Shown piece by piece: positions 45,247 through 57,252 of a stretch of 64,000 bases of DNA; the first letter of the stretch is position 1, and the number at the start of each line of letters is the position of its first letter. Both the position numbers and the translations under genes were made by a program. The notes below the pieces were generated by a model. It was not told where the DNA came from, did no database searches, and saw nothing but the letters and a program-made list of their open reading frames with translations. This DNA is from Lachnospiraceae bacterium. Lineage in GTDB: Bacteria; Bacillota; Clostridia; Lachnospirales; Lachnospiraceae. The stretch covers positions 187-64,186 of the forward strand of contig JAXJPR010000041.1 of NCBI GenBank assembly GCA_036311565.1, in the 5' to 3' direction.

Positions 45247-46016
45247 TAGCAAGTGAAAGATATGAAAAGATTGTAACAATGCTGGATGAAAAGGGCATTG
45301 TAAATACAAAAGAACTGGCAAAAATTCTTAAGGTAACAGAAACGACCATCCGTAGAGATTGTGAAGAACTGGAAAAACAGGGAAAATTAATCCGGGTTCA
45401 TGGAGGAGCGAAAAGTGTAAATCACAGGACCATTTTATCCAACCAGGATGAAAAGAAGATGCAGGAGCGCACGGAACATTATAATGAAAAAGATATGGTG
45501 GCAAAAAAGGCAGCATCTTTTGTAAAAGAAGGAGATTGTATCTTTTTAGATGGAGGAACCAGCATTGTTCCTATGATAAAATATTTAAAAGGGAAAAAAC
45601 TCAAAATTGTTACTCATAGTATGCTGATTGCCAATGTATTTCAGGATAGTGATTCTGAATTGTTCGTGATTGGAGGAAAGTATATTCCGGAATATAGCAT
45701 GTCTGTAGGGCCGATTACGTTAAGCAGTATTGAAAAGTTTAATTTTGATTATGCTTTTATTGGATGCGCAGGTATAGATCTGGAACGTGATATGATCTAC
45801 ACAGCGGAAATGGAGACCATGGCAGTAAAAGAGAAGGTTATGAAATTAGCGGTAAAGAAGTTTTTACTGATTGATTCTTCAAAGCTATTTATCAAGGGAT
45901 TTTACAGCTTTATATCAAGTTCCGATTTTGATGCAGTTATTTGTAATGATGATGTAAGAATGAATTATGATGATCTGCCAAAAAACTTTATACTGGAAAA
46001 AGAAGATGAAGAGTAA
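45243..46016 (+). CDS. DeoR/GlpR family transcriptional regulator
   Basis: HTH (VNTKELAKILKVTETTIRRDCEELEKQGKLIRVHGGA) plus a sugar-binding DeoR C-terminal domain. ATGA overlap with plsC. Confidence 0.9.
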   Translation: MIASERYEKIVTMLDEKGIVNTKELAKILKVTETTIRRDCEELEKQGKLIRVHGGAKSVNHRTILSNQDEKKMQERTEHYNEKDMVAKKAASFVKEGDCIFLDGGTSIVPMIKYLKGKKLKIVTHSMLIANVFQDSDSELFVIGGKYIPEYSMSVGPITLSSIEKFNFDYAFIGCAGIDLERDMIYTAEMETMAVKEKVMKLAVKKFLLIDSSKLFIKGFYSFISSSDFDAVICNDDVRMNYDDLPKNFILEKEDEE

Positions 46017-46213
46017 GGATATAAAAAAGGGGTGTTGTGCCGATTTTTAAATCAGCATGACACTCCTTTTTGTGTAGATAGGTGTGAAGATTCACAGCTG
46101 TTGTTACAGGGCAATAAAAATGTGTGTACTACTTAGAAGTGACCAAACTATTGAAAATGGCAATTTCAAAAGATAATATAAGCATACAAACAAAAGAGAG
46201 AGGAGAAAAAAGT

Positions 46214-47770
46214 ATGATGCAAAAAGTTCAACGATTTGGTGGAGCAATGATGATTCCGGTTCTCTTATTTGCTTTTTCAGGTATTATGGTAGGTCTTGGA
46301 ATTTTATTCACCAATCAATCAATTTTCGGAGCCATTGCTGATCCTTCAGGATTATGGTATCAGTGCTGGAACGTGTTACTACAGGGAGGATGGACACTGT
46401 TTAACCAGGTGCCTTTACTGTTTGTAATCGGTTTACCAATTGGTCTTGCCAAAAAACAGCAGGCCAGATGTTGTATGGAGGCATTAGTTCTTTATCTGAC
46501 CTTCCATTATTTCCTAAATACCATGTTAGCCCAGTGGGGCGGATTCTTTGGAGTTGATCTTGAAACAAGCAGTGGGATTACTAATATTGCTGGTATTCAG
46601 ACTCTGGATATGGGTATGATGGGAGCTCTTTTAATTTCAGGAATTGTAATCTGGCTTCACAACCGTTTCTTTGACGTAGAGCTTCCTGAGTGGTTAGGAA
46701 CATTTAGAGGTTCTGTATTTGTCTTTGCAATTGGATACTTCGCATTAATTCCAGTTGCATTTTTATGTGCATTAATCTGGCCTAAAATCCAGATGGGAAT
46801 GATTTCTTTCCAGGGATTTGTATCTGGTGCAGGAGCACTTGGTGTATGGGTATTTATTTTCTTAGAAAGAGCCTTGATTCCATTTGGTTTACATCACTTA
46901 CTATATGTGCCATTCTTTTACGACTCTGCATTGGTACAGGGCGGTGTTATTGCAAAATGGGCGCAGGATCTGCCACAGATTGCAGCAAGCACAAAACCAC
47001 TGATTGAGTGTGCACCATATGCATGGCCAACACTTACTGGATTATCTAAAGTATTTGGTTGTGCTGGTATTACACTTGCATTTTATGCAACAGCGAAAGA
47101 TGAAAAGAAGAAAAAAGTATTAGGTCTGATTATTCCAATTGGGGTAACAGCAGTTTCCTGTGGTATTACAGAACCAATTGAATTTACATTTTTATTCGTT
47201 GCACCATTATTATTTATCGTGCATGCAGTATTAGCTGCTACATTGTCTACCATTGTATATTCTATGGGAATTGTAGGTGTATTATCGGACGGTCTGATTT
47301 CTATGTCAGCATTGAACTTTATTCCATTAATGAGCAGCCATTGGGCAGAGTATTTAAAATTATTTGCAGTAGGGCTTATTTTTACAGCAATCTACTTCTT
47401 TGTATTTAAATTCTTAATTTTAAAATTTGATTTTAAAACTCCTGGACGTGAAGACGATGCGGAAGAGGTTACTATGCACAGTAAGCAGGAATATCGAGAA
47501 AGAAAGGCTGCTGCAAAAGAAAAAGACAATGATGGCATATCTTTTGAAGAATTAATTTTAGAAGGTCTTGGTGGAAAAGATAATATTGCAGATGTAACAA
47601 ACTGTGCAACAAGACTTCGTGTCAATGTAAAAGATGAAACACTCTGCAAGAATGATGCTTATTTTAAATCCATCGGTGCTCACGGATGTTCTGTAAATGG
47701 AAAGTCAATCCAGGTAATCGTTGGATTAAAAGTTCAGTCTGTTAGAGAAGATTTTGAACAATTATTATAA
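46214..47770 (+). CDS. PTS alpha-glucoside/maltose-family EIICB
   Basis: MMQKVQRFGGAMMIPVLLFAFSGIMVG N-terminus typical of MalX/GlvC/AglA, and a C-terminal EIIB with NCATRLR. Start chosen behind GAGAGGAG; the track ORF starts at 46124. Confidence 0.9.
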   Translation: MMQKVQRFGGAMMIPVLLFAFSGIMVGLGILFTNQSIFGAIADPSGLWYQCWNVLLQGGWTLFNQVPLLFVIGLPIGLAKKQQARCCMEALVLYLTFHYFLNTMLAQWGGFFGVDLETSSGITNIAGIQTLDMGMMGALLISGIVIWLHNRFFDVELPEWLGTFRGSVFVFAIGYFALIPVAFLCALIWPKIQMGMISFQGFVSGAGALGVWVFIFLERALIPFGLHHLLYVPFFYDSALVQGGVIAKWAQDLPQIAASTKPLIECAPYAWPTLTGLSKVFGCAGITLAFYATAKDEKKKKVLGLIIPIGVTAVSCGITEPIEFTFLFVAPLLFIVHAVLAATLSTIVYSMGIVGVLSDGLISMSALNFIPLMSSHWAEYLKLFAVGLIFTAIYFFVFKFLILKFDFKTPGREDDAEEVTMHSKQEYRERKAAAKEKDNDGISFEELILEGLGGKDNIADVTNCATRLRVNVKDETLCKNDAYFKSIGAHGCSVNGKSIQVIVGLKVQSVREDFEQLL

Positions 47771-47795
47771 TTAGATTAGATAAGGAAGAATCGAT

Positions 47796-49626
<1,831 letters not shown>

Positions 49627-49712
49627 GATTCTTCGTATTGACAAGTGAACCAAATATAAGATATAAGTAAGACATAAGAGAACATATCGATTTATGTTAG
49701 GGGAAAGAGAAT

Positions 49713-50483
49713 ATGATGAGAATTGAAGAACTTGTCAATACGCACTATGATAAACTGACGGAAAACGATATTCATATCTGGCAGTATATTGCAACTCACC
49801 GGAAAGAGTGTGAAGATCTGTCCATAGACGAGCTGGCATCCAGATGCTACGTGTCCCGCACGACAGTGATGCGTTTTGCCAAAAGAATCGGGCTTCATGG
49901 TTATGCAGAACTGAAACTGTATCTAAAAATGAATCGCCGGACGGACAATGAAAAGCAGAAAGGTTTTGATCTGTTTTATAACCGATATAATCATTTCATG
50001 CTTTCGTTGAAAGAAAAGGATATGACAAAAGCCATTGAGATGATTTCTAGTGCAAACAATCTTTATGTCTATGGAACTGGAATTGTTCAAAATAGTGCAG
50101 CATCAGAACTGAAACGAGAGTTTCTAGAAGTAGGAAAATTAATCAATGTCCTGCAATCATTTCATGAACTTTCAGTATTCGAAAAAAATATTTATGAAGG
50201 AGATTTAGTAATCATAATTTCCTTTTCTGGAGAACATAAAAGAGCCATTGACTTTGCAAAAAAATTAAAATGGAAAAATGTATCTATTATTACTCTTACT
50301 TCTTTTAAAGAGAATACATTATCCCATTTGGCAGATGAGGCATTTTATATAGAAGCACCTCAGATTGAAAATCCTATGGGATCTAACCATGATGGGCTTG
50401 CAGGATTTTTCTTACTCATTGATTTTATGTTGGTAAAATACATTGAATATCATGAAAGGAGAAAAGATGATGAGTCTCAATGA
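49713..50483 (+). CDS. MurR/RpiR family regulator (GlvR-like), paralogue 1
   Basis: LTENDIHIWQYI, the HTH (ELASRCYVSRTTVMRFAKRIGLHGYAELK) and a SIS domain. Confidence 0.88.
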   Translation: MMRIEELVNTHYDKLTENDIHIWQYIATHRKECEDLSIDELASRCYVSRTTVMRFAKRIGLHGYAELKLYLKMNRRTDNEKQKGFDLFYNRYNHFMLSLKEKDMTKAIEMISSANNLYVYGTGIVQNSAASELKREFLEVGKLINVLQSFHELSVFEKNIYEGDLVIIISFSGEHKRAIDFAKKLKWKNVSIITLTSFKENTLSHLADEAFYIEAPQIENPMGSNHDGLAGFFLLIDFMLVKYIEYHERRKDDESQ

Positions 50484-51231
50484 CTTAATTGAAGAACATT
50501 ATGATGAACTAAATCAAAATGATTTTTATATCTGGCAGTACATTCTTCGTCATGGAAGAAAAGTACAGGAAATGACGATTTATGAACTGGCAGAAAAATG
50601 CAATATTTCCCATACCAGCATTATGCGTTTTGCAAAAAAACTGGGACTTTCTGGTTTTTTGGAGTTGAAACTTTGTTTAAAATGGGATGACCGGACAAAA
50701 AGGGCCTTTGACCGGAAAAAAATCGGTGTTATGATGAATGAATATCATGATGTGATGAATGACTTGTTTTACAAAGATTTGGACCACATTCTCTCTGTCA
50801 TTGATCAGGCAAGAAGGGTATACATATATGCGACAGGTCAGGCACAGCATCTGGTGGCGGAAGAGATGAAGAGAGAGTTTATTCTTGGCGGCAAGCAGAT
50901 GTTTGTAGTAGATGGAACAGCCGAAGTGGATTTTCTAATGAAGCAGGCCGCATCTAATGATTTTTTTATTATTATTTCCCAGTTTGGGGATAATGAAACT
51001 GAGAATTTGATTGCAGAAAAATTAAATAGCTTACAGATTAAGTGCCTTGGAATTGCGCTAAATCACAGAAGTCAGTTATCTCAGTATGCCGATTATTATA
51101 TTGGGTATAAAACAAATGGAATTCCGATTGGAAATAATGAGGAAGAATATTATTGTTCCATGCCATTGTTTTTAATATCAAATATGTTGTTTATCAGATA
51201 TATGGAATATCTTTTTCATAAAGAAGCTTAA
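50467..51231 (+). CDS. MurR/RpiR family regulator (GlvR-like), paralogue 2
   Basis: LNQNDFYIWQYI, ELAEKCNISHTSIMRFAKKLGLSGFLELK and a SIS domain. Start at the ATG behind GGAGAAAAG, overlapping paralogue 1 by 17 nt. Confidence 0.85.
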   Translation: MMSLNDLIEEHYDELNQNDFYIWQYILRHGRKVQEMTIYELAEKCNISHTSIMRFAKKLGLSGFLELKLCLKWDDRTKRAFDRKKIGVMMNEYHDVMNDLFYKDLDHILSVIDQARRVYIYATGQAQHLVAEEMKREFILGGKQMFVVDGTAEVDFLMKQAASNDFFIIISQFGDNETENLIAEKLNSLQIKCLGIALNHRSQLSQYADYYIGYKTNGIPIGNNEEEYYCSMPLFLISNMLFIRYMEYLFHKEA

Positions 51232-51351
51232 CGGAATGCCACAACAGTTTTGATCAATCTTTAGGAAATCTTAGAGAGCAAACTGATGTGGCATTTCTTT
51301 TATTTATACAAGAGTACAAAACAAAAAGATTAATAGAAAAGGAGAATCGTT

Positions 51352-52062
51352 ATGGGAAATATACCAACACCACACATAAAAGCAGAAAAAGACCAAATTG
51401 CAAAAACAGTATTAATGCCAGGAGATCCATTAAGAGCAAAATTTATTGCAGAAACTTTTTTAGAGAATGCAGAATGTGTAAATTCAGTCCGCAATATGCT
51501 GGCTTATACCGGGGAGTATCAGGGAAAAAAAGTAACAGTGTTCGGTGGAGGCATGGGCATGCCATCGGTTGGAATTTATACGTATGAACTTTTTCATTTT
51601 TACGATGTAGAACAGATTATCCGTATTGGTACGGCAGGGACTTTAAGCGAAAAAGTAAATTTAAGAGATGTTGTCATTGGAGTAGGTGCAAGTACAGATT
51701 CTAATTATGCAAGACAGTTTAAACTTCCTGGAACATTTGCTCCGATTGCAGATTTTGATCTTGCCAGAAAAGCTGCGGAAACTGGAGAAAAGTTAGGAAT
51801 TCCAACAGTGGCAGGAAATATACTTTCATCAGATGCCTTTTATAATGATGATGAAACGGCACTGGAGCAGTGGACAAAAATGGATATTTTAGCTGTAGAA
51901 ATGGAAGCAGCGGCTTTATATATGAATGCAGCACGAGCAGGGAAAAAAGCACTTTGTCTTCTGACTATTTCTGATGCGCCATTTCGCGGAGAATCCTTAT
52001 CTGCCGAAGATCGTCAGACAGGGTTTACTGATATGATGAAAATTGCATTAGAAATTGCATAA
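51352..52062 (+). CDS. deoD: Purine nucleoside phosphorylase, DeoD type
   Basis: TPHIKAEKDQIAKTVLMPGDPLRAKFIAETFLE, RIGTAG and VEMEAAALY. Confidence 0.95.
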   Translation: MGNIPTPHIKAEKDQIAKTVLMPGDPLRAKFIAETFLENAECVNSVRNMLAYTGEYQGKKVTVFGGGMGMPSVGIYTYELFHFYDVEQIIRIGTAGTLSEKVNLRDVVIGVGASTDSNYARQFKLPGTFAPIADFDLARKAAETGEKLGIPTVAGNILSSDAFYNDDETALEQWTKMDILAVEMEAAALYMNAARAGKKALCLLTISDAPFRGESLSAEDRQTGFTDMMKIALEIA

Positions 52063-52081
52063 AAAATTAGGAGGTTGAAAG

Positions 52082-53272
52082 ATGAAAAAATATAATCGTA
52101 TTTTTACCATTGTGATTGATTCTCTTGGGATAGGAGCCCTTCCTGATGCAGCGGACTATGGAGACGTGGGAACCGATACTCTAGGACATATTTCACAAAG
52201 GGTGGAGAAATTTCATATTCCAAATCTTCAGAAACTTGGAATGGCAAATCTTCATCCCTTAAAACAGGTAGCATCTGTAGAAAATCCTCTTGCTTACTAT
52301 GCAAAACTTAGAGAGGCGAGTACAGGAAAGGATACCATGACAGGCCATTGGGAAATGATGGGTCTTCATATTACCACTCCATTTCAGACTTTTACGGAAA
52401 CTGGTTTTCCAAAAGAACTGCTGGATGAACTATCTAAAAGAACCGGACGGAACATCATTGGAAATAAAAGTGCCAGTGGAACAGAGATTTTAGATGAACT
52501 TGGAGAAGAAGAAATTGCTACAGGAAATATGATCGTGTATACTTCTGCAGATTCTGTATTGCAGATTTGTGGGAATGAAGAGACTTTTGGACTGGAAGAA
52601 TTGTATCATTGCTGTGAAATCGCAAGAGAACTTACGATGAAAGATGAATGGAAGGTAGGGCGTGTAATTGCAAGACCTTATGTTGGTATGAAAAAAGGTG
52701 AGTTTAAACGTACCAGTAATAGACATGATTACGCATTAAAACCTTATGAGAAAACAGCACTGAATGTATTAAAGGATGCGGGACTAGATGTCATTTCTGT
52801 AGGAAAGATCTTTGATATTTTTGATGGTGAGGGCCTTACCGAGTCCAATAAATCAAAAAGTTCTGTGCATGGCATGGAGCAGACCATAGAAATAGCAAAA
52901 CGGGATTTTAAAGGACTTTGTTATGTCAACTTGGTAGACTTTGATGCGCTATGGGGACATCGACGCAATCCAGAAGGCTATGCAAAAGAATTGGAACAGT
53001 TTGATGAAAAATTAGGACAATTACTGCAAGTATTAAGAGAAGATGATCTGTTAATGATTACAGCAGATCATGGAAATGATCCTACTCATACAGGAACTGA
53101 TCATACAAGGGAAATGGTTCCATTCCTTGCCTATTCCCCATCACTGGAGGGAAGTGGAAGACTGGAAGATAGCGATACATTTGCAGTGATTGGTGCAACA
53201 ATTGTTGATAATTTTGGCCTTACAATGCCAAAAGGAACGATAGGAACTTCTCTTCTCGAGAAATTAATATAA
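52082..53272 (+). CDS. deoB: Phosphopentomutase
   Basis: [23 protein letters not shown], and [11 protein letters not shown] followed by TADHGNDPT. Confidence 0.95.
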   Translation: MKKYNRIFTIVIDSLGIGALPDAADYGDVGTDTLGHISQRVEKFHIPNLQKLGMANLHPLKQVASVENPLAYYAKLREASTGKDTMTGHWEMMGLHITTPFQTFTETGFPKELLDELSKRTGRNIIGNKSASGTEILDELGEEEIATGNMIVYTSADSVLQICGNEETFGLEELYHCCEIARELTMKDEWKVGRVIARPYVGMKKGEFKRTSNRHDYALKPYEKTALNVLKDAGLDVISVGKIFDIFDGEGLTESNKSKSSVHGMEQTIEIAKRDFKGLCYVNLVDFDALWGHRRNPEGYAKELEQFDEKLGQLLQVLREDDLLMITADHGNDPTHTGTDHTREMVPFLAYSPSLEGSGRLEDSDTFAVIGATIVDNFGLTMPKGTIGTSLLEKLI

Positions 53273-53300
53273 GAATAATAAGAGAAAGTGAGGAAAAAGA

Positions 53301-54113
53301 ATGTACAAGAAATTAATGACCTGTTTATCCAGTGTAAGAGAAAAAATTGATTTTAAACCAGAAATTGGTCTGATCTTAGGTTCCGGTCTGGGTGACTATG
53401 CAGATGAAATTCAAATTGAACAGACCATTGATTATACGGATATTGAAGGGTTTCCGGTGTCCACTGTAAAAGGACATAAAGGACGTTTTGTATTTGGTTA
53501 TGTTGGTGATACACCAGTGGTGATCATGCAGGGACGTGTCCATTATTATGAAGGATATCCTATGTCTGATGTGGTTCTTCCAACTCGCCTTATGGGAATG
53601 CTTGGAGCAAAAAAACTGATTTTAACAAATGCTGCAGGCGGAGTGAATCAGGCATATAAACCAGGTGATTTTATGATGCTTACGGACCATATTACAGTTG
53701 GAGTGCCAAGTCCACTGATTGGTCCTAATATCGAAGAATTAGGAACAAGATTTCCGGATATGAGTGAAGTTTATAGCAAACGCCTGCAGGAGGTAATTAA
53801 AAAATCATCTGGGGAGTGTGGAATTGAAATTCAGGAAGGTGTCTATGTACAGTTTACCGGTCCTAACTATGAGACACCAGCCGAAGTCAGACTTGCAAGA
53901 ATCTGGGGTGGAGATGCTGTTGGCATGAGTACTGCATGCGAAGCAATGGCAGCATGCCACATGGGATTGGAAGTTTGTGGAATCTCATGTATTACCAATA
54001 TGGCTGCCGGAATATCAGAAGAAAAATTAGATCATAAAGAAGTACAGGAAACAGCAGATCGTGTAGCAAAATCATTTAAACAGCTTATTACAAAAATCAT
54101 TTATAATATGTAA
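53301..54113 (+). CDS. punA: Purine nucleoside phosphorylase, PunA (trimeric PNP) type
   Basis: LGSGLG, GHKGRFVFG, GRVHYYEG, NAAGG, and GPNYETPAE followed by GMST. Confidence 0.93.
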   Translation: MYKKLMTCLSSVREKIDFKPEIGLILGSGLGDYADEIQIEQTIDYTDIEGFPVSTVKGHKGRFVFGYVGDTPVVIMQGRVHYYEGYPMSDVVLPTRLMGMLGAKKLILTNAAGGVNQAYKPGDFMMLTDHITVGVPSPLIGPNIEELGTRFPDMSEVYSKRLQEVIKKSSGECGIEIQEGVYVQFTGPNYETPAEVRLARIWGGDAVGMSTACEAMAACHMGLEVCGISCITNMAAGISEEKLDHKEVQETADRVAKSFKQLITKIIYNM

Positions 54114-54149
54114 TCAGGCTGTCAAAAATTTATTAAAAAGGAAAAAGAT

Positions 54150-55427
54150 ATGAAAAAATATGCATTGAAAGGAAATATCTGTTATAGCAGGGACCGCAAG
54201 GATCTTTGTATCATGGAAGATAGTTATGTTGTTTGTGAGGAAGGAATCTGCCTGGGTGCCTTTAAAGAACTTCCGGAATCTCTCAAGGATATCCCTTACT
54301 ATGATTATACAGATCAATTAATTATTCCCGGGCTGGTAGATTTACACGTACATGCACCACAGTATTCCTTCCGCGGTCTGGGTATGGATTTAGAATTGAT
54401 TGACTGGCTGAATACGCATACATTTGTGGAAGAAGCAAAATATGAAGAAATAGAATATGCAGATAGAGCATATGAAATTTTTGTAGAAGATTTATTAAGC
54501 AGTGCTACGACCAGAGCATGCATTTTTGGAACAATGCATATAGAGGCAACCAAGTTACTAATGAAGAAATTAGAACATGCAGGAATGAAAGCATATGTAG
54601 GAAAGGTAAATATGGATCGGAACAGCCCGGATTATCTTTGCGAAGAAAGCTCAGAAAAAGCCGCAAAAGATACCGAAAATTGGATTGTTGAAAGTGCCTC
54701 TTTTAAGAACATAAAGCCAATTCTTACTCCAAGATTCATTCCTACCTGTTCGGATGATTTAATGGAACGGTTATCGAATCTGCAAAAAAAATATCATTTA
54801 CCAATGCAGTCTCATTTATCAGAAAACTTTGGGGAGATTGAATGGGTAAAGGAACTTTGTCCGGATACTGCTTTTTATGGTGACGCATACAATAAATATG
54901 ATATGTTTGGAAATGATTGTCCGACAATTATGGCCCATTGCGTTCACAGTAAAAAAGATGAAATAGAAATGATGAAGAAACAAAATGTATTCGTGGCTCA
55001 TTGTCCTGAATCCAACACAAATTTATCTTCTGGAATTGCTCCAGTGCGGACGTATCTCGATATGGGAATGAAAGTAGGTCTGGGAAGTGATATAGCGGCA
55101 GGTTCTGGGTTATCCATTTTTAAAGCAATGGCAATGGCCATTCAGTGTTCTAAGTTGAGATGGCGCCTGATAGATCAATCATTAGCTCCATTAACCGTAG
55201 AAGAGTCTTTCTATCTGGCTACAAAAGGCGGTGGAGAATTCTTTGGAAAAGTAGGAAGTTTTGAAAGAGGATATGAATTTGATGCAGTGATTATCAATGA
55301 TTCTTCTATCAAACATCCTCAGAAATTAAGTGTAAGAGAGCGATTGGAACGATTGATTTATCTTGCTGAGGATAAAAATATCGTTGCTAAGTATATTGGT
55401 GGGAATAAGGTATTGGATAGAAGGTAG
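54150..55427 (+). CDS. guaD: Amidohydrolase-superfamily deaminase, probably guanine deaminase
   Basis: PGLVDLHVHAPQ metal-binding motif, HLSEN, AHCVH, and GSDIAAG. Purine-salvage context. Confidence 0.75.
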   Translation: MKKYALKGNICYSRDRKDLCIMEDSYVVCEEGICLGAFKELPESLKDIPYYDYTDQLIIPGLVDLHVHAPQYSFRGLGMDLELIDWLNTHTFVEEAKYEEIEYADRAYEIFVEDLLSSATTRACIFGTMHIEATKLLMKKLEHAGMKAYVGKVNMDRNSPDYLCEESSEKAAKDTENWIVESASFKNIKPILTPRFIPTCSDDLMERLSNLQKKYHLPMQSHLSENFGEIEWVKELCPDTAFYGDAYNKYDMFGNDCPTIMAHCVHSKKDEIEMMKKQNVFVAHCPESNTNLSSGIAPVRTYLDMGMKVGLGSDIAAGSGLSIFKAMAMAIQCSKLRWRLIDQSLAPLTVEESFYLATKGGGEFFGKVGSFERGYEFDAVIINDSSIKHPQKLSVRERLERLIYLAEDKNIVAKYIGGNKVLDRR

Positions 55428-55441
55428 AGGAAGGTGTTGCA

Positions 55442-56050
55442 ATGAATATTTCAATGATAATTGAAATGATAGGATATTTTGGATCTTTATTAGTAGTTGT
55501 ATCAATGTTGATGTCATCGGTCATAAAATTAAGAGTCATAAATACAATTGGCAGCAGTATATTTGCAGTTTATGCATTAATTATCCATTCCTATCCAACA
55601 GCAGTCATGAATTTTTGTCTGGTAGCAATTAATATTTATAATTTGATAAGGCTTCAAAAAACAGATAAGCACTATGATTTGATTGATGGAAAAATCGATG
55701 ATCGTTTTTTGGCTTACATTTTAAATTACTATAAAAATGATATGAAAGAATTTTTTCCAGAAGTTCATTTGGATACTTTAGTGGCTGATACGGCATATAT
55801 TGTATGCAGTGATGCAACACCAGCCGGCCTTTTGCTGGGAAAAGAGAGCAGGAAAGGTGAGTTAGAAGTGATACTTGATTATTCCACACCAACCTATCGT
55901 GATTGTTCTGTAGGTAACTATTTATATTCCCAATTATCAACGAAGGGAATACATAGTCTGGTATATGCAGGAAAATCACAGAAGCATGAGCCATATCTGA
56001 AGAAAATGGGATTTGTTAAAGAAAATGAAAAATATATAAAAAATCTGTAG
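55442..56050 (+). CDS. YgjV-family membrane protein with a soluble C-terminal GNAT-like domain
   Basis: Three N-terminal TM helices (YgjV-like) followed by about 120 soluble residues. The family call is tentative. Confidence 0.55.
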   Translation: MNISMIIEMIGYFGSLLVVVSMLMSSVIKLRVINTIGSSIFAVYALIIHSYPTAVMNFCLVAINIYNLIRLQKTDKHYDLIDGKIDDRFLAYILNYYKNDMKEFFPEVHLDTLVADTAYIVCSDATPAGLLLGKESRKGELEVILDYSTPTYRDCSVGNYLYSQLSTKGIHSLVYAGKSQKHEPYLKKMGFVKENEKYIKNL

Positions 56051-56107
56051 GGAAAACAGATGATGAAAAGACAAAAGAAACGATTTTCATAGTAGAAAGG
56101 AAAAAGC

Positions 56108-57118
56108 ATGAAGGCAGCCATTTACATGGGAAAAGAACAAATCGAAGTGAAAGAATTACCAATGCCACAATGTGGAGATGATGATGTGGTGATAAAAAAT
56201 ATCTATTCTAGTATTTGTGGAACAGATGTTGCAGTGTATACAAAAGGTCCGGGCACAGGACACCAAATTACAGTAGGAGGAGAGTTTGGGCATGAAACCA
56301 TTTCTCAGATTGCAGCAGTTGGGAAAAATGTTACCGAGTTTACCGTCGGAGAATGGGTATATCCATATCCCCGCTATGCAAAAAATGATACAAAGCGGGC
56401 AGGAACTATAGGAGGCTTTTTGGAATATATTCTGATTCCAAAAGCAAAGAAATACCATTCTCTTTATCCAGTCGGCCCTTCTTTGTCCAATCATCTGGGA
56501 TGCCTGATTGAACCATTTACGGTTGGATGCCGTGCAGCAAGAAGAGGACAGCCAAGACCTGGAGAAACAGCAGTCGTTTTTGGATGTGGAACTATAGGAA
56601 TGGCAGCAGCTATTTCTTTACAGTATTTTGGCATGGAAAAAATCATGTTATGCGATAAATCAGAATTTCGCCTTAAAATTGCAGAAAAAATGGGATTTGC
56701 CGTTTGTAATATAAAAACAGAAAACTTTATGGAAAAAGCAAAATCATTTTTTGGAGCAGCATCTTCTTTAAAAGGGATTACTGCAGATATAGATTGCTTT
56801 GTGGATGCAGCAGGTGCAGAAAGTATTTTAGAGTTATATATGGAATATGGAAAGATTGAAAGTCGCTTTGTGTCTGTAGCAGTCAATAATGCAATTCGAA
56901 AGCTGGATCTGCTTCACCTGACCTTTGCCCAGAAAAGTATCATTGGTTCTGGCGGTTATATGCCAGAAGATGTGGAAGATGTCATGAAGATTATGGAGAG
57001 TGGAAGGTGGAATCTGGAAGAAATGATTACCCATGAGTTTCCGCTTGAAGAAATAGAAAAAGCAATTGAAACAGCAGCAGATACAGAATATGCATTTAAT
57101 GTAACAATAAAATTTTAA
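56108..57118 (+). CDS. Zinc-binding medium-chain alcohol/polyol dehydrogenase
   Basis: CGTDV, GHET, Rossmann loop GCGTIG. 336 aa. Confidence 0.85.
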   Translation: MKAAIYMGKEQIEVKELPMPQCGDDDVVIKNIYSSICGTDVAVYTKGPGTGHQITVGGEFGHETISQIAAVGKNVTEFTVGEWVYPYPRYAKNDTKRAGTIGGFLEYILIPKAKKYHSLYPVGPSLSNHLGCLIEPFTVGCRAARRGQPRPGETAVVFGCGTIGMAAAISLQYFGMEKIMLCDKSEFRLKIAEKMGFAVCNIKTENFMEKAKSFFGAASSLKGITADIDCFVDAAGAESILELYMEYGKIESRFVSVAVNNAIRKLDLLHLTFAQKSIIGSGGYMPEDVEDVMKIMESGRWNLEEMITHEFPLEEIEKAIETAADTEYAFNVTIKF

Positions 57119-57160
57119 ATAGAAACAGATAAGAAGTCCCCTTGCCGCCGGATAAGGGGT

Positions 57161-57219
57161 AAATACACCAGAATTCATATCGTTAGGCCATAGAATCTAT
57201 GAATTGCTGGTGTATTTTT
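57161..57219 (+). terminator. Long-hairpin rho-independent terminator
   Basis: AAATACACCAG+AATTCATA pairs with TATGAATT+(G)CTGGTGTATTT, followed by TTTT. Confidence 0.8.
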
Positions 57220-57252
57220 ATATGGAAAGATGTACACTGAAATGGGAAAGGG

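Noticed and set aside
51288-51587. 99-aa ORF overlapping the deoD start in another frame.
   Set aside because: The deoD frame has unmistakable PNP motifs and a GGAG RBS. The alternative frame is Arg/Lys-rich nonsense.
56491-56886. 131-aa antisense ORF, plus 56156-56494 and 56834-57178, inside the dehydrogenase gene.
   Set aside because: They are antisense to a gene with clear ADH motifs. No RBS.
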